From positions 23,252,001-23,316,000 of the forward strand of contig NC_087252.1 of assembly GCF_037042905.1 (NCBI RefSeq): a stretch of DNA of 64,000 nucleotides, in the 5' to 3' direction. This DNA is from Lytechinus pictus. Lineage: Eukaryota. A model generated the notes under the pieces. That model had not been told where the DNA came from. It searched no databases and saw only the letters and a program-made list of their open reading frames with translations. The translations under genes were made by a program, and so were the position numbers. This document shows positions 50,231-63,456 of this stretch, one piece after another (within the stretch, counting starts at the first letter, position 1; the number at the start of each line of letters is the position of its first letter).

Positions 50231-52094
50231 GGACGTTCCACAGTTAAAGTGAAATCCATGTCATGTTCACCAAACTTTGCACATAGATACTTTAGAACCT
50301 TAATATTCGAAATATGCAAAAATTAACATAGGTCCATGTGCTTGATTTTTTGCTATAGAGCTTCAAAATTCACCCAAATTGATGTTCTTAAGAATTGCGC
50401 ATTCAAAAGAATTTGGCATTTTTAGACCGCCCAAGATTACTACAATGAGTTTAAACCTCCATTACTCATTCAAAATACATGAAAAAGTCATCAAATTTCG
50501 CAAGAGAGTTAATAATTGTATCGTTAGAATGGAGAATCTAGTAATAGTGCTATTTGTTTGCAATTTTAAGTTTAACAGCACTGTCAGTTCTTAAAATATG
50601 GCGTAAAAGATAACAAAATCCCAATCTGAAAAATGTAAAATTTCAGTAACAAACTACAAACGTACAATAAATGCTGCACTTTATTCAAAATCCATGTCAT
50701 TTTCACCAAAATTTGCAGAGTTGTAGAGGAAGGTATACCTAAGAGGTACAAACATTAAAAAATAGGGGTTCATGTGCTTGTTTTTAAACTATCAGCATTT
50801 TTATTAGAGCAAATGTGCTTTTTAAAACACCAAAAATGGGCTGAATGCTTAGTATCTATGTGAAGAAAAAATCAAAACCACTCTACCATTCATTCAAACT
50901 CGGGCTAATATTCGTGATTCTTGGCAGCACTGCAGAGTAAAGTATTTTGAAATTGTAGAGAATATTTTTTTGAATGGTCCATGGAATAATTCAATTTTTT
51001 AGCTTCATGAAATAACGCATCGGATCTGCAGTTAAAGTGCAGAAGATGAGAAAAATCAGCTCATACCCGCAGCTAATTAATACCTGTTCATCCATTGTGA
51101 CGTCAGCGCGCAGAGTGTAAACTATGCGCAGATCATAATGCGCACAAATATAACTGTGGAACGTCCACAGTTATGTTTGTGCGCATTATGATCTGCGCAT
51201 AGTTTACACTCTGCGCGCTGACGTCACAATAGATGAACAGATGATTAATTAGCTGCGGGTATGAGCTGATTTTTCTCATCTTCTGCACTTTAACTGCAGA
51301 TCCGATGCGTTATTTCATGAAGCTAAAAAATGGAATTATTCCATGGACCATTCAAAAAAAATATTCTCTACAATTTCAAAATACTTTACTCTGCAGTGCT
51401 GCCAAGAATCACGAATATTACCCCGAGTTTGAATAAATGGTAGAGTGGTTTTGATTTTTTCTTCACATAGATACTAAGCATTCGGCGCATTTTTGATGTT
51501 TTAAAAAGCACATTTGCTCTAATAAAAATGCTGATAGTTTAAAAACAAGCACATGAACCACTATTTTTTAATGTTTGTACCTCTTAGGTATACCTTCCTC
51601 TACAACTCTACAAATTTTGGTGAAAATGACATGGATTTTTAATAAAGTGCAGCATTTATTGTACGTTTGTAGTTTGTTCCTGAAATTTTACATTTTTTAG
51701 ATTGGGATTTTGATATCTTTTACGCCATTTTTAAGAACTGACATTGCTGTTAAACCTAAAATTGCAAACAAATAGCACTATAATTAGATTCGCCATTCTA
51801 ACGATACAATCATTAATTCTCTTGCGAAATTTGATGACTTTTTCATGTATTTTGACTGAGTAATATAGGTTTAAACTCATTGTAGTAATATTGGGCGGTC
51901 TAAAAATGCCAAATTCTTTTGAATGCGCAATTCTTAAGAACATCAATTTGGGTGAACTTTGAAGCTCTATAGCAAAAAATCAAGCACATGGACCTATGTT
52001 AATTTTTGCATATTTCAAATATTAAGGTTCTAAAGTATCTATGTGCAAAGTTTGGTGAAAATGACATGGATTTCCCTTTAACTGTGGAACGTCC
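50231..52094. mobile_element. Palindromic inverted dimer of a ~935-bp Kolobok-like element
   Basis: TTAA TSD on both sides. TIR ggacgttccacagtta occurs at both outer ends and is fused at the centre (51151-51173). The arms are near-perfect reverse complements. Confidence 0.88.
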
Positions 52095-53179
52095 TTAAAC
52101 GGTTAAACAAGTACTGTAAGGTTCATATAGTAAACAAAGTTGTATAAAATCTTAAACAGCGTTTTTACTGTGCATGCTGTTTTCTGTTCATATTTCGTAC
52201 GGTGGCTCGATGAACTTCCGTTAAATCTATAAACGTTTTTTTTTCTGCACCCTTACCCTCAGCTTTCACCGAAGTTTTATCATAATCGACTTTTTTATAA
52301 GCATTTATTCCAAACAAAAACCTTTAATCTCATGTCTCATTGTAGTTAATACATGAACCCTAATAACCCCCTCTCCCTACGATTTACATTGTAATTTTTA
52401 CTAATATATGATTTTTTTTTCTAATTTACTGTTTATTATATTGAATATATATATTGAATTGTCATGCACATTGAGCATTCATTGGAGTTGATTACGTGCG
52501 CATTAGAAATATGGTTATCATTATTATTATTATTATTAGACTAGCATTTATAATCATTAGGGCATGTGGGAAGTTCAATCATATATTTATTTAAATGTCT
52601 CCTCATACATCCTGATATTATTAATACTGTTATATTTATCCAGGGTAGCTGCTTCAGTTAGTATGAAACTGTTCTATCATTGATTATACTACCTCTCTGC
52701 CATGCATTACCCATTTAACATGAAGGCAGAAGTTCTGATTTTAATAAGCCTCTGGTCACGTTGGTATGAATCGGCCGAGGATCGAACCGACGACCTTTCA
52801 ACCTCCTATTCAAGTGGCGTACGCTCTACCACTAGGCCACCATGTCCTCTGCCACCATGGATCACACTAGAAATGATCCTTATCCGTCTCCCTCATCCCC
52901 ACTCTATCATGTTAATTAACCAGCTTAATTTAAAGGATGTACATAAATAGTAATTATACTCGGATCTACATGATGCTAAAAGGCGTTCTCCCTTTACTTT
53001 TCCCTCTTTTTGACGTAGTAACTTACATCTTGATATTGAGTGAAAACTTTATTGAAGAATGGTTACATAGTCTGTTATGTGTGTGTTTGATCGAGTGTTT
53101 TCGGATGTGTATCTGTCAGTTATGTTACCTAACGTCAAGGACTGACTTTTCACACCATGCACCATCCGAAAGACGTGAC

Positions 53180-53359
53180 CGGGGGGGGGGGGGAGGGCGA
53201 TTTCATCAACATTTTCATCCGAAAAGTTGTCAGATCTGACAACTTTCCTTGATTTTGATTGGCTGAGAAGCACTGTTACTTTGGTAACTGTCGGATAAAA
53301 CAGGACTTGTCGGATAAAACGTCCGACAAGTCCTTTCATGAGCATGATGAAACGCCCCT
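53180..53359. mobile_element. MITE, same family as 5505-5667
   Basis: Reverse-complement match to 5505-5667. Confidence 0.65.
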
Positions 53360-55689
53360 CACGGCTCAAACCTCTGCAATTCGTAACTTCACCCAATTTC
53401 ATGCAGCTTGCATTACAGGCGCACGCCACGACGCGACGCCCAGTTGTGGCGCCACAGCTAGCTTTTTGACAAAACTCCACTGACATAACTGTCTTTTCTC
53501 TGATCCGCATCAGAATTTAAACAGCGGGTGGCCTTGAAAAAGGGCGAGGTAATAGCGAGAAAATGGAAAATGAAACTGATCAATAATGTTGGCTCAGTTT
53601 GGTTAAAGATAAATGCCAGTTGTGGTGGAGATTTCAAAGTGAGTTCGAAAAGAATCCAATGAAATAACCAACAAAGTGTCTACATGTACATGATGTATGG
53701 AATCTTGAATATATTGTGTAATTGCTTAGAAATATATTCCGGCAAATTGTCTGGTCTTCTTCCAAGCAATGATAATACATTGCCGCACTTGGGTTTTTCG
53801 TGTTGGTGATCTTCAAGATTTCAAGATTTCACACAAAAAAAATGGGTAACTATACCAGGTCTAGTTTTCGGATGATAAAGTTACAAACTACCGTGGTTTA
53901 CAGAATTTCTCATGATATCAGTGCTTACTGCAACAACTTTCATTTATCACTCGGAAGGTACTTTTATAAGACATGAAATAATGAAAAAAATTCTCGTAAT
54001 TATCCAGGCCTGCGGGGAAACATAAGCCCTTACGTTTCCTAAATAATAATATATGGGTGTCGATCCCGGGGGGGGGGGGGATACACCCCTCCCCAATATT
54101 TCAGGTAGAGGGATGGCCTGTGTAATCATCCCCCAATAATTTAAGGTCGAACATGATATTTTAAGTGATGAATCATATGACAAGTTATATTAATTAAAAT
54201 AATTGTTATCATTATTATTATTTTAATAATAATAACTATTATTATCATTATTATCATTAGTATAATTATTATCATAGTCATAATATCAATATAGTTATGA
54301 TTATCATGATACTTATCATAATGATGTTATCGATGGTTATCTTATTTACGCATAATGACCATTGATATTGTTTTGCTCATTATTTTCTTACGTTTGTTGC
54401 TTTTGAATGAAACAATTTCTTTCGGAAACTGTTACAAACTGATGAATGGATAAAGAAACAAATCCAAGATGAAATATCATAACATGCTCATGAACATGTT
54501 CATGATTATGCTTTTATACTTGACATTTTCTTTTTTAAATATACTCCTTCCTGTAGCCAATCGCATTTGGTGTGCCTCCTTTATTTTACCATCATTTGAA
54601 ATATCACTTCAAATGTTAGACCTGTAAGGTCACTGACCCCCCCCCCTCCCTTCAAACAAAATGAACAAAATCCCTCACAGAGAACAATATTTGTGCCAGT
54701 CGTCCCCCAACCATGAACACAAATCGACACCAATAGCAACTAGCATGTGGGGACGCGGGGAATTTTAGTCATTAACGAAGTATGCGGATGTTTGACCATA
54801 AAACATAAACTGTTCAAAGGCAGCTAATGATAATTTGTATCGAACCTACGATTCGATCCATCCGAAAAAAAATCATAGGTTCAGTAAAACAACAATAGAA
54901 TTTACCAATGCATGACCGAAATGAATTTATTAAGGGGAAATGAGACATTCATTGGTTTAAATACGATGCACTATTCCTGAAAAAAACATGCGAGAGAGAG
55001 AAGCGAGCAAGTGAACAATTACATTTATTCTGTAATATCCTATGATAGATTTGACACGTCGTCGAATCGATCATATTAAACTGAAAGACGACAAGAACAC
55101 ACTTGTGGAAACATGATCAACATGCATTTGCCAAAGAAAGATGCATGGTGTTCCGTAAAACCTACTACACCATATTAAACACGTTCTACAAGACAAAAAC
55201 ATAATCATCGGACCCTATCTTTAGCGTGGATGTTATTATACCTACAGCTCTCCCGCATTTCAAGAAATATTATTACATCACCCGGGTCTCGTGCGGCAAA
55301 TCTAGAATGGTGTCTTGCCATATGGTATTGGTTCTGCGGTAGGATGTGAATCCGGATCATGTGATTTACCATGTTTACAGACTGACGCATAAGCAATGGA
55401 TCCATTTTCAATGTATATCTCTTGTCACAAGGGAAAAATAATTAAAGGCATTTATTGATTACCAAAATAGAATGAAAATTTCATACATTTAATTTTTTTC
55501 AATTGTTATTGACTTAAAATTATTTATTTATGTTTTAAGATACTGTATACAAAATACACAAATGTCGTTTTCACATAAATCTCATATAAACACATGCTTA
55601 AACGATACGCCTATTTCCCATCAAATTCAATGAGGAGAGATATTTTGATGGAAGGGGTCAAGACGGTGGAATCGGTGGTAGTGGCGGTA

Positions 55690-56180
55690 ATGATAAAGAT
55701 GATGATATTGGTGGTGGTGGTGGTGGTGACGATTATGATGATGATGTTGATGATGATTATGATGGTGATGATGATTATGGCCATGATGATGATGGTGATG
55801 ATGATGACGATGATGGCCATGATGATAATGGTGATGATGATAATGATGATGATGCATGATGATGATGATTGTGATGATGATGGCCATGAAAATGCTGCTG
55901 ATGATGATGATGACGATGATGATGGTGATAGTGGTGGTGATGATGATGGTGATGATGATGTTGATGACGATGATAGCCATGATGATGGCCATGATGATGG
56001 TGGTGGTGATGATGATGGTGATGATGATGATGACGATGATAGCCATGATGATGGCCATGATGATGGTGGTGGTGATGATGATGGTGATGATGATGATGAT
56101 GGTGATGATGGTGATGATGATGATAGTGATGATGGTGGTGGTGATGATGATGGTGGTGGAGATGGTGAATGGTGGTGATG
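55690..56180. repeat. (GAT/GGT)n microsatellite
   Basis: Visible. Confidence 0.95.
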
Positions 56181-56377
56181 AATATTTCATAAATGTAACA
56201 GTAATGGAAATAATACCAAACAAGAATAATAGTTATAATAATGATGATACCAATACTTAATCCTTTTATTCATTCTCGTGCTTTTTGCACTTAAAAACCC
56301 TTGATAAACTATTGGTATGCTTTATACAGATCAACATGTTTCAAATAATAATTACATGTATGTATTAAGTGACTTAC

Positions 56378-56383
56378 AATCAT
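56378..56383 (-). CDS. Candidate first coding exon (Met-Ile) of the SEA/LDLa type II membrane protein gene
   Basis: Minus strand reads cagccATGATT|gtaagt: Kozak-like context and a perfect donor. Phase 0 matches the acceptor of the 32741 exon. A TATA-like TATATAAC lies about 50 nt upstream of the ATG. Implies a ~23.6 kb first intron; not proven. Confidence 0.45.
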
Positions 56384-56433
56384 GGCTGTTCCAGATGTAA
56401 CTGCTTTTCGGCGATACTCCAATTCAAAATACA

Positions 56434-56442
56434 CGTTATATA
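56434..56442 (-). promoter_or_regulatory. Possible TATA box (TATATAAC on minus strand)
   Basis: Plus strand gttatatac lies just upstream of the candidate first exon. Motif only. Confidence 0.25.
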
Positions 56443-57404
56443 CTCCGCTATCAAGAATTTATCTTTATACCGATAAATAAAAATGGTATACACCGATGTC
56501 ATGCATATTCAAACAGGCATCGTGGAATGCCTAATGTTGCTCCAAAATTAGAATCGACGCACACCTAGTTATACTGCTACCAGCTATAGCTGCATCGTAT
56601 CCGTCTGATGAATCCAACCACACAATGATGTATACCTGGATGAAACTAACTACTGGCAATTCCTCGCTTGAGAAAAATAGTTCACAACATGGGGAAATTT
56701 CCCCGTAAATACAAGACGAATTGCTTTATGAATGGTTGAATTAATAAATCACATCAGAAAATCAGAAACGGATATCCATTCTTAAAAGCTGGTAACAGTC
56801 GAACGCAAAGGTTCAGTTTATTTTACGATGTTGCTTCATGCCGCAATGACACCATAAACGAATGTATATACACAGTCACAAGCTTCAACATGACCTCAAT
56901 TAATAAAAGAGGTGGCAGCAAAATGCGGTTTATATTTTCATCATGTCCATTGTTATGACTAGCTAGGCAACTACATCCCCAGGCGGTTCCAGTGTCCCCA
57001 TAATAAATTCATCATGACGAATATTTAATTTGCGTCAATTCAAAAGGTATCAGCAGCTGCAGACCCTTAAACACATTTATTCACATTATTTGCCGAACAA
57101 TGCTCTACTTCCTTTTAATATGCAAATAATAATAATATATATGATGATATTGAGCGTAAAAGCAAGTGGTTTTTATTAATTCATTTTCTTAGTAATTCCC
57201 TTTCATGATCTGCATTATTGTTTGATTTAAAGAAATAATAATAATAAACTGATTTATATAGCGCAGAAACTATGTGAATAGTTTTTTTCTGAGCTGTAAA
57301 AGCTCCTGAAATGCTTGAAAGCTAAATTTAAAGAAAAGGAGGGGTAAATGTATGGAAACTAACGGAAAAGACAGGTTTTTAGTCTAAGTTTGAACGTGCG
57401 TAAT

Positions 57405-57822
57405 GCCCCCATCACACTTATTCCGAATCAAGCAGAATTGGCCTGAATGAAAGGACTATTGTTTGACCACCAGATGGCCATTTAAATCTACTTCGAACAC
57501 CGTTCGAAAATATCCCTCGAATGTTTTGAACATGACCAAAACCTTCGGGACGGCCAAAAGAAATGACAAAAATATTTCGAATGCACTCAGAATGCAGTCA
57601 GGATATTTAGAATGTCCAAGAACGTAGCACGAATTAACAATCTCACTCCATTGCGGTTCATTTTGACTAGTGTATGATGATACACCTGGTAAATTTACTG
57701 AATTTCAACTCCAGTTTGGTGAATTCATAAGTTCCTCCCAAAAATTTCTAGATTTTTTGAATATTTTTTTCTTTCCAGCTTCTGCTTGATTCCTGTTGAT
57801 TCCGAATAAGTGTGATGGGGGC
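57405..57822. mobile_element. PIF/Harbinger-like MITE
   Basis: TIR gcccccatcacacttattc / gaataagtgtgatgggggc, with TAA/TTA next to the ends. Confidence 0.75.
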
Positions 57823-57933
57823 TTTAGATTGAAAATAAAAAGGCCTTAATAGGAGGGAAACATTTGCATATTAATGAGTCACAAAAGAAGAGGATCGAGG
57901 ATACCTGTATTCCAGTTCATCGTGACTTAGCCG

Positions 57934-58008
57934 TGAACCAAAATAGCCTGGTGGTTGAGTCGCTGCCCGGCAAGCAGTAGATGGCAGGTTCGAATCCCAC
58001 TGGTTCCA
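57934..58008 (+). pseudogene. tRNA-like sequence (anticodon loop ccGGCaa) followed by oligo-T
   Basis: gaacca/tggttc acceptor stem, ctgc/gcag anticodon stem and GGTTCGAATCC B box. The T and D stems have mismatches. Confidence 0.5.
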
Positions 58009-58054
58009 ATTTTTTCTGACTTATGATCTTCATTACAGATCGAGCATGCGATCT

Positions 58055-58652
58055 TATAGGACAAGTCCACCCCAAACAAATGTTGATTTGAATAAAAAGA
58101 GAAAAATCCAACAAGCATAACACTGAAATTTCATCGAAATCGGATGTAAAATAAGAAAGGTGTGACATTTTAAAGTTTTGCTTAATTTCACAAAACGGTT
58201 ATTTGCACATCCTGTTGGGTACGCAAATGAGGAGACTGAGGATGTCATCCACTCACTATTTCTTTTGTATTTTATTATATAAAATAGGGAATATCCTATT
58301 TTTCTCCTCATTGTCAAGTGAAACAACGATTAATTCCTCCCTGAACATGTGGAATGAGCATTGTTTAATACTATATGATTCAGTCAAGTTGGTCATTATT
58401 GTCAAATCTATAAGAAATGAAATATTGTTTACTTCAAACAATAAAAAACAAAAGACACAGTGAGTGAGGGACATCATCGCCTGTCTCATTTGAGTTGTGC
58501 ATATCACTGTTTTGTGAAAAAAAGGAAAACTTTACAATGTCATAACTTTTTTATTTTACTTCCGATTTTTATGAAATTTTCATCATTTTGCTAGTTTGAT
58601 TTTTCTCTATTTATTCAAATCAACATTTTTGTGGGGTGGACTTGACCTTTAA
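58055..58652. mobile_element. Kolobok-like MITE, same family as 19828-20382
   Basis: ttataggacaagtccacccc ... ggggtggacttgacctttaa. Confidence 0.78.
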
Positions 58653-59444
58653 ATACATAGGAGTAATGCCGACAAATTGGTTTACAAACTGTATGTAAGG
58701 TTATTTATACATTATGTTGCATTGCTTCCAGGTTATTCGAAACTCTTGTCGTTCTATCAGTAACAACATCAACAAAAGAATCAGTAATAAAGACATTGAA
58801 TAACATGTATTATATTCAAATAGCCTATGTTATCGATAATGGCACGAAAAGATGGATCCACTCTTATACTATTGACGATTAAAAACGCATGGCTAACTTT
58901 TTTGAAAGTTTATACGGGGTATAAGATTTGATGGGGCCAAATTTTCTTTGTTGTGGTTAATGAACTGCTAGCTACTATTACATGTATTACGAGATGTGAT
59001 GATTTTTCCTCTGATCTGTAAATAAAACTTTAATGATGAAGCCGCAGTCCCGAATTTAAGGGAAACAAAAAAAAATCATAACAATACCTGGAATAGTTCA
59101 TTATATATGCGGAAGGAATAAATAAATGATCAATATTCTTAACAAATGTGAACATGACATATGATTTAAATAATAAAGAAACGACTATAATGAAATGACA
59201 TGAATACGGTTTGATCTCCTTGTCATGTATGTCAAATCAATATCCATTTAAATGTTAGCGTTTTTCATCAAATTGACTAAAATTATAACTATTAACACTT
59301 AATAGCATTTTTATTTGCACCATAGCACTGGGTAAGACTATATTGTATCATTCGCTTATTTATCATATTTAACAAGCAGAAAATACTCCCCACCGGAATG
59401 GCAGCTTGTAGCTAAAGTGGCTACACTGGTTAAACATAAGTTAA

Positions 59445-59762
59445 TATGATTATTATCATCATTATCGCCATTATCAGTATCATCATTATTATTATCATCA
59501 TCATTATTATAATTATTATTATGATTATTATTATCATCATCGTTATTATCATTTTCATTATCATCAGCATCATAATCATCATTATCGCCATTATCACTAT
59601 CGTTATTATTATCATCATCATTATTATAATTATTATTATGATTATTATTATCATCATCGTTATCATCATTTTCATTATCATCAGCATCATAATCATCATT
59701 ATCGCCATTATCACTATCATTATTATTATCTTCATCATTATTATCAGCATCATCATCATTAC
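59445..59762. repeat. (CAT/TAT)n microsatellite with a ~120-bp higher-order duplication
   Basis: Visible; attatcgccattatca recurs three times. Confidence 0.9.
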
Positions 59763-59962
59763 TACACTTTCTATATTCAGTTATAAAGCACAGCTCCTCG
59801 GGTATCAATCTAAACATGGAGTGACAGTTAAGTATATGCAACAGAGTTCAGCCAAAAAACGAGTACATAGTCAAGGATATATTGCCTGAGGCAGAAGACA
59901 TGAAAGGGGCCGATTGCTCTAAAATGTGAGAAGAATGGGTAAAAATAGTTTGATAATATGAT

Positions 59963-60770
59963 GAAGAGCTCACTTTCAAAAGGGGTTAGGTCCATTTTCA
60001 TCAAATCTGATTTTTATGTCTCAATGTATTGATTTTAGTAGCTAAGATGATACCAAAGAAAAGTTGAAATTCCTATTAAAAAGTGAACTAAAATGGCAAA
60101 GAAAAATCACTTTGTTTTCAAAAGGGGTTAGGTCCATTTCAGTTTTGTTGCAAAAGGGGTTACGTCCACACAGATTTTTTTGGAAGAGAATATCTAAATA
60201 AAATATGAAGCCAGGTAGATTTCTTTTATACCCAATTTTATGTTCTCATGGTAGGGTATCATGAAAATTCAGTTTCGCATAAGAATATTGCAATATGGGA
60301 GAATTAAAAAAAATATTTCCTTGGAGTGGACCTAACCCCTTTTGCAACCAAACTCTTCTGAAGAACTCATTTGTCAAAAGGGTTTAGGTCCATTTTTCAT
60401 AAATTTTAGTGTTTTTTGTCTCTTAACCTCTAAATTTGTAGTCACTCTGAAGATACCAAAGAAAATTTGAAATTCAAATGAAAACGTGAATGAAAGTGGC
60501 AAAGAAAAATCACTTTTTTAATCAAAAGAGATTAGATTCATTTCAGTTTGCTTGCAAAAGGGGTTTGGTCCACAAGATAATTTTTTTTAAATATTAAAAA
60601 AAATTGAAAACAGGTACATTTCTTTTATACCCAATTTTATGTTCACATGTTAGGGTAGTACATCATGACAATTTAGTTCTCATAAGAATATTGCAATAAG
60701 TGAGAATAAAAAACATGGGTTTCTCGGAATGGTCCAAAGTAGACCTAACCCCTTTGCAACTAAACTCTTC
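59963..60770. mobile_element. Head-to-tail dimer of a ~400-bp TIR element
   Basis: Each unit reads gaagag..aaaaggggttaggtcca ... ggacctaacccctt..caa..aaactcttc; junction at ~60360. Confidence 0.65.
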
Positions 60771-61987
60771 ATATATTCATGGTTCTTAGAAGTTGCCTTT
60801 AAAATCATTAAACTCTGAGAAATGAATGTGTCAGGACCCTTTTCAGTATTTCCTCATCTCAAATATTGCGTGGGTCGATAGAATTTGGTTTTAACTAGAC
60901 CCAATAATTTCCACTGAGATAGGGGACATAAATCAAATAAAATTATTCAATTAGCTTATTTCTGTCAAAAAAGCAATATCAATGAAACACGAAAAAAGAA
61001 TGTTGGATTTAGCCAATTTTGACAATAAAATGAGGACAATTTTTCCCCAACAAGGATGTCACTCCTTCGTAAGTTCAATGAGCAAGATAAGTTTGGAAAA
61101 GGGTGAACTAGTATCGTGAGGAATCACAAATTAATAACCAAACCTGAAAAGAAAAAAAGAAAAAAAAAAGGGTTATTTGTACGTGACAGTCCTTTGTGGT
61201 CTAAATTGTGATTTTTCTCACAATGGAAGATCGCTTATGAGGAGGCAAAGTGCATATATCTAGGACGATATCGCAATTTGATAAATCGTGGCTTGTACAA
61301 ATACAAACATGACCAAAGTGAGAATCCAAGGATGAGCTTTTTGTCCGAGAGTGCCCATGCCATGCCATTTCTGTACTACACAGCAATAACCATTGTCCAT
61401 TTATTATCATTTTCTATAAGCTTTGGAGAAGAATTAAAAAAAAATATATATAACATATGTAGTTTTATTGTGCTTTTCGATCTGCATTTGCTATAGTAAG
61501 ACTTTGGTTGCCGACTCAGTGTGGATACTAAGGGCCGTATTTTGAAGTCCGGTTTAAGTTAAACTCAGGCGTAAAGTTGTGGTTTAAGTATGGATAGCCA
61601 ACAGGGCCGTAGCCAGAAGCATTTTGTTGGGGGGGTGTACCAGCTAAATTTGCCAACTAAATTTGGCGTGACAGCGCCAACGTGAGCACATGGGGAGTCT
61701 GATGGGGGATGTGCCCCCCCTACAATAATCACATGCCAAAAGATTTTGAATTTTTAGAATTAAATTAGTGGCATTTGGTGAATACTTTAAGGTAAATTAT
61801 ACAAAGATATTTGCACTGTAAAAATAAAACATTTTGGATCAAAATAGAAAGGCTAGTGTGCCGTAGTTGCAAAACTTGCAGTATAATGATATACCCTATG
61901 CATTAATAAAATCAAAGATTTGTTAATTTTTAATTGACCTTCTGTGCAAGATGTCCCAACTAAAATTTCAAGAGTGCTACTGCTAAC

Positions 61988-62660
61988 AGTGGCGTGCCGT
62001 GGGTCGCGGCATTTGGGGGGGACCAGCAAAAATTTTGAGTCATTAAGTGGGCACGCGAAGCGCGCTCAATTGCCAGGTATACTGACCTAATAGAGACATT
62101 TTAAGGACTGTGCAATTAAACGGATATGTATCTTAGTGATCAAATAATGCGAGCGCGAAGCGCGAGCTGAAAATGTTTGATATTCAATCCTAAAAAGGGA
62201 CATTATAAGCAAAGTTTTGTAATCATGATATGTACCTGTCTCACAAAACAAACAATGCGAGCGCGAAGCGCGAGCGAATTTTTTTTGTATAACTTGACCC
62301 TAAAAAGGGACATTTTAAGGACTATATTTTCGAATTCATGAAGTGCGTACGTATCTCATCATAGTCATCTAATGCAAGCGCCAAGCGCTTGCTGATTTTG
62401 TTATAATTACACCTGAGCATATGAAGCACTTTTTTGGTCATTGTAATCATGAACATGATACGTATTTTAATAATGAAATATTGCGGGCGAGAAGCGCAAG
62501 CTGACAATTTTTGAAATTCAGACCTGAAGAGGGGCATTTTATGGCTTGTTTGTAGGAATTTACTATTTCACTAATCAAATGATGCGAGCGCGAAGCGCGA
62601 GCTGAAAATTTGTTATAATTAGATCAGAAAAAGGGACATTTAAAGGACTGTCTAAGAATT
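61988..62660 (+). repeat. Inserted repeat with ~110-125 bp units carrying gcgagcgcgaagcgcgagc
   Basis: Starts cagtggcgtgccg; the motif recurs at ~62050, 62149, 62257, 62375, 62483 and 62584. Confidence 0.65.
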
Positions 62661-63271
62661 CATGCACTGCAAAAAAAAACGCCGGTGTTGATTTAACACC
62701 AGCCCGGTACCTATATCGGTCCACACCAGTGCGAACGTAAACACAGACTGGAAATGTTTAATATAAATAGGCCTTAAAAGGGGGCAATCACTTAAAGTAT
62801 ATAGTCATGAAAAAAGCATATATCACTACATAAAACAATAATAACTTGTGTTTTTTGCCAACTGCAAACTTGTAGACAAGTCTTCAAGTTGTACACTTGT
62901 CTTCATGAATTTGCCAACTGCAGAGTTACCAGTTTTTTAAGTCTTGTGTTCTGTTCTTTTCAGTTCTAAAACGGGGCAGTACTTGTACATCACTTTGTCT
63001 TGTCTCTAATTTTACAAAACTAATGTATTTGTTAAATCGTCAATAATTGTGGTATAATTTGCAAACTCACAAGCTTGTTTATATTGGGGGAGGACCGGGA
63101 GCATACTTCGTGCGTTATTATAGCTCCATCTGTTTTGTCCTTTTTATTTTGCTGACTAGTAGGGCTCTAAGCCTGGCTACATGGACTTGGATTTGCCAAC
63201 TGGTTGTCTTTACTCCATAAGTCGTAACCTTCTTCGAAGTTGATACCTCTATTTTTCTTTCCTTTTTTTTT

Positions 63272-63456
<185 letters not shown>

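Larger units (their letters stand above)
47938..52172. mobile_element. Small TIR element split by the LINE and the palindromic dimer
   Basis: tgtttactatatgaaccttacagta (~47964-47988) is inverted at tactgtaaggttcatatagtaaaca (~52112-52136); the right end is tttttactgtg. Confidence 0.65.

Noticed and set aside
50379..51946. Two near-identical 71-aa ORFs on opposite strands
   Set aside because: A by-product of the palindromic transposon dimer; no recognisable domain.
55594..56260. Poly-M/D/I ORFs (also 22579-22952, 59356-59889, 63118-63564)
   Set aside because: Microsatellite translations.
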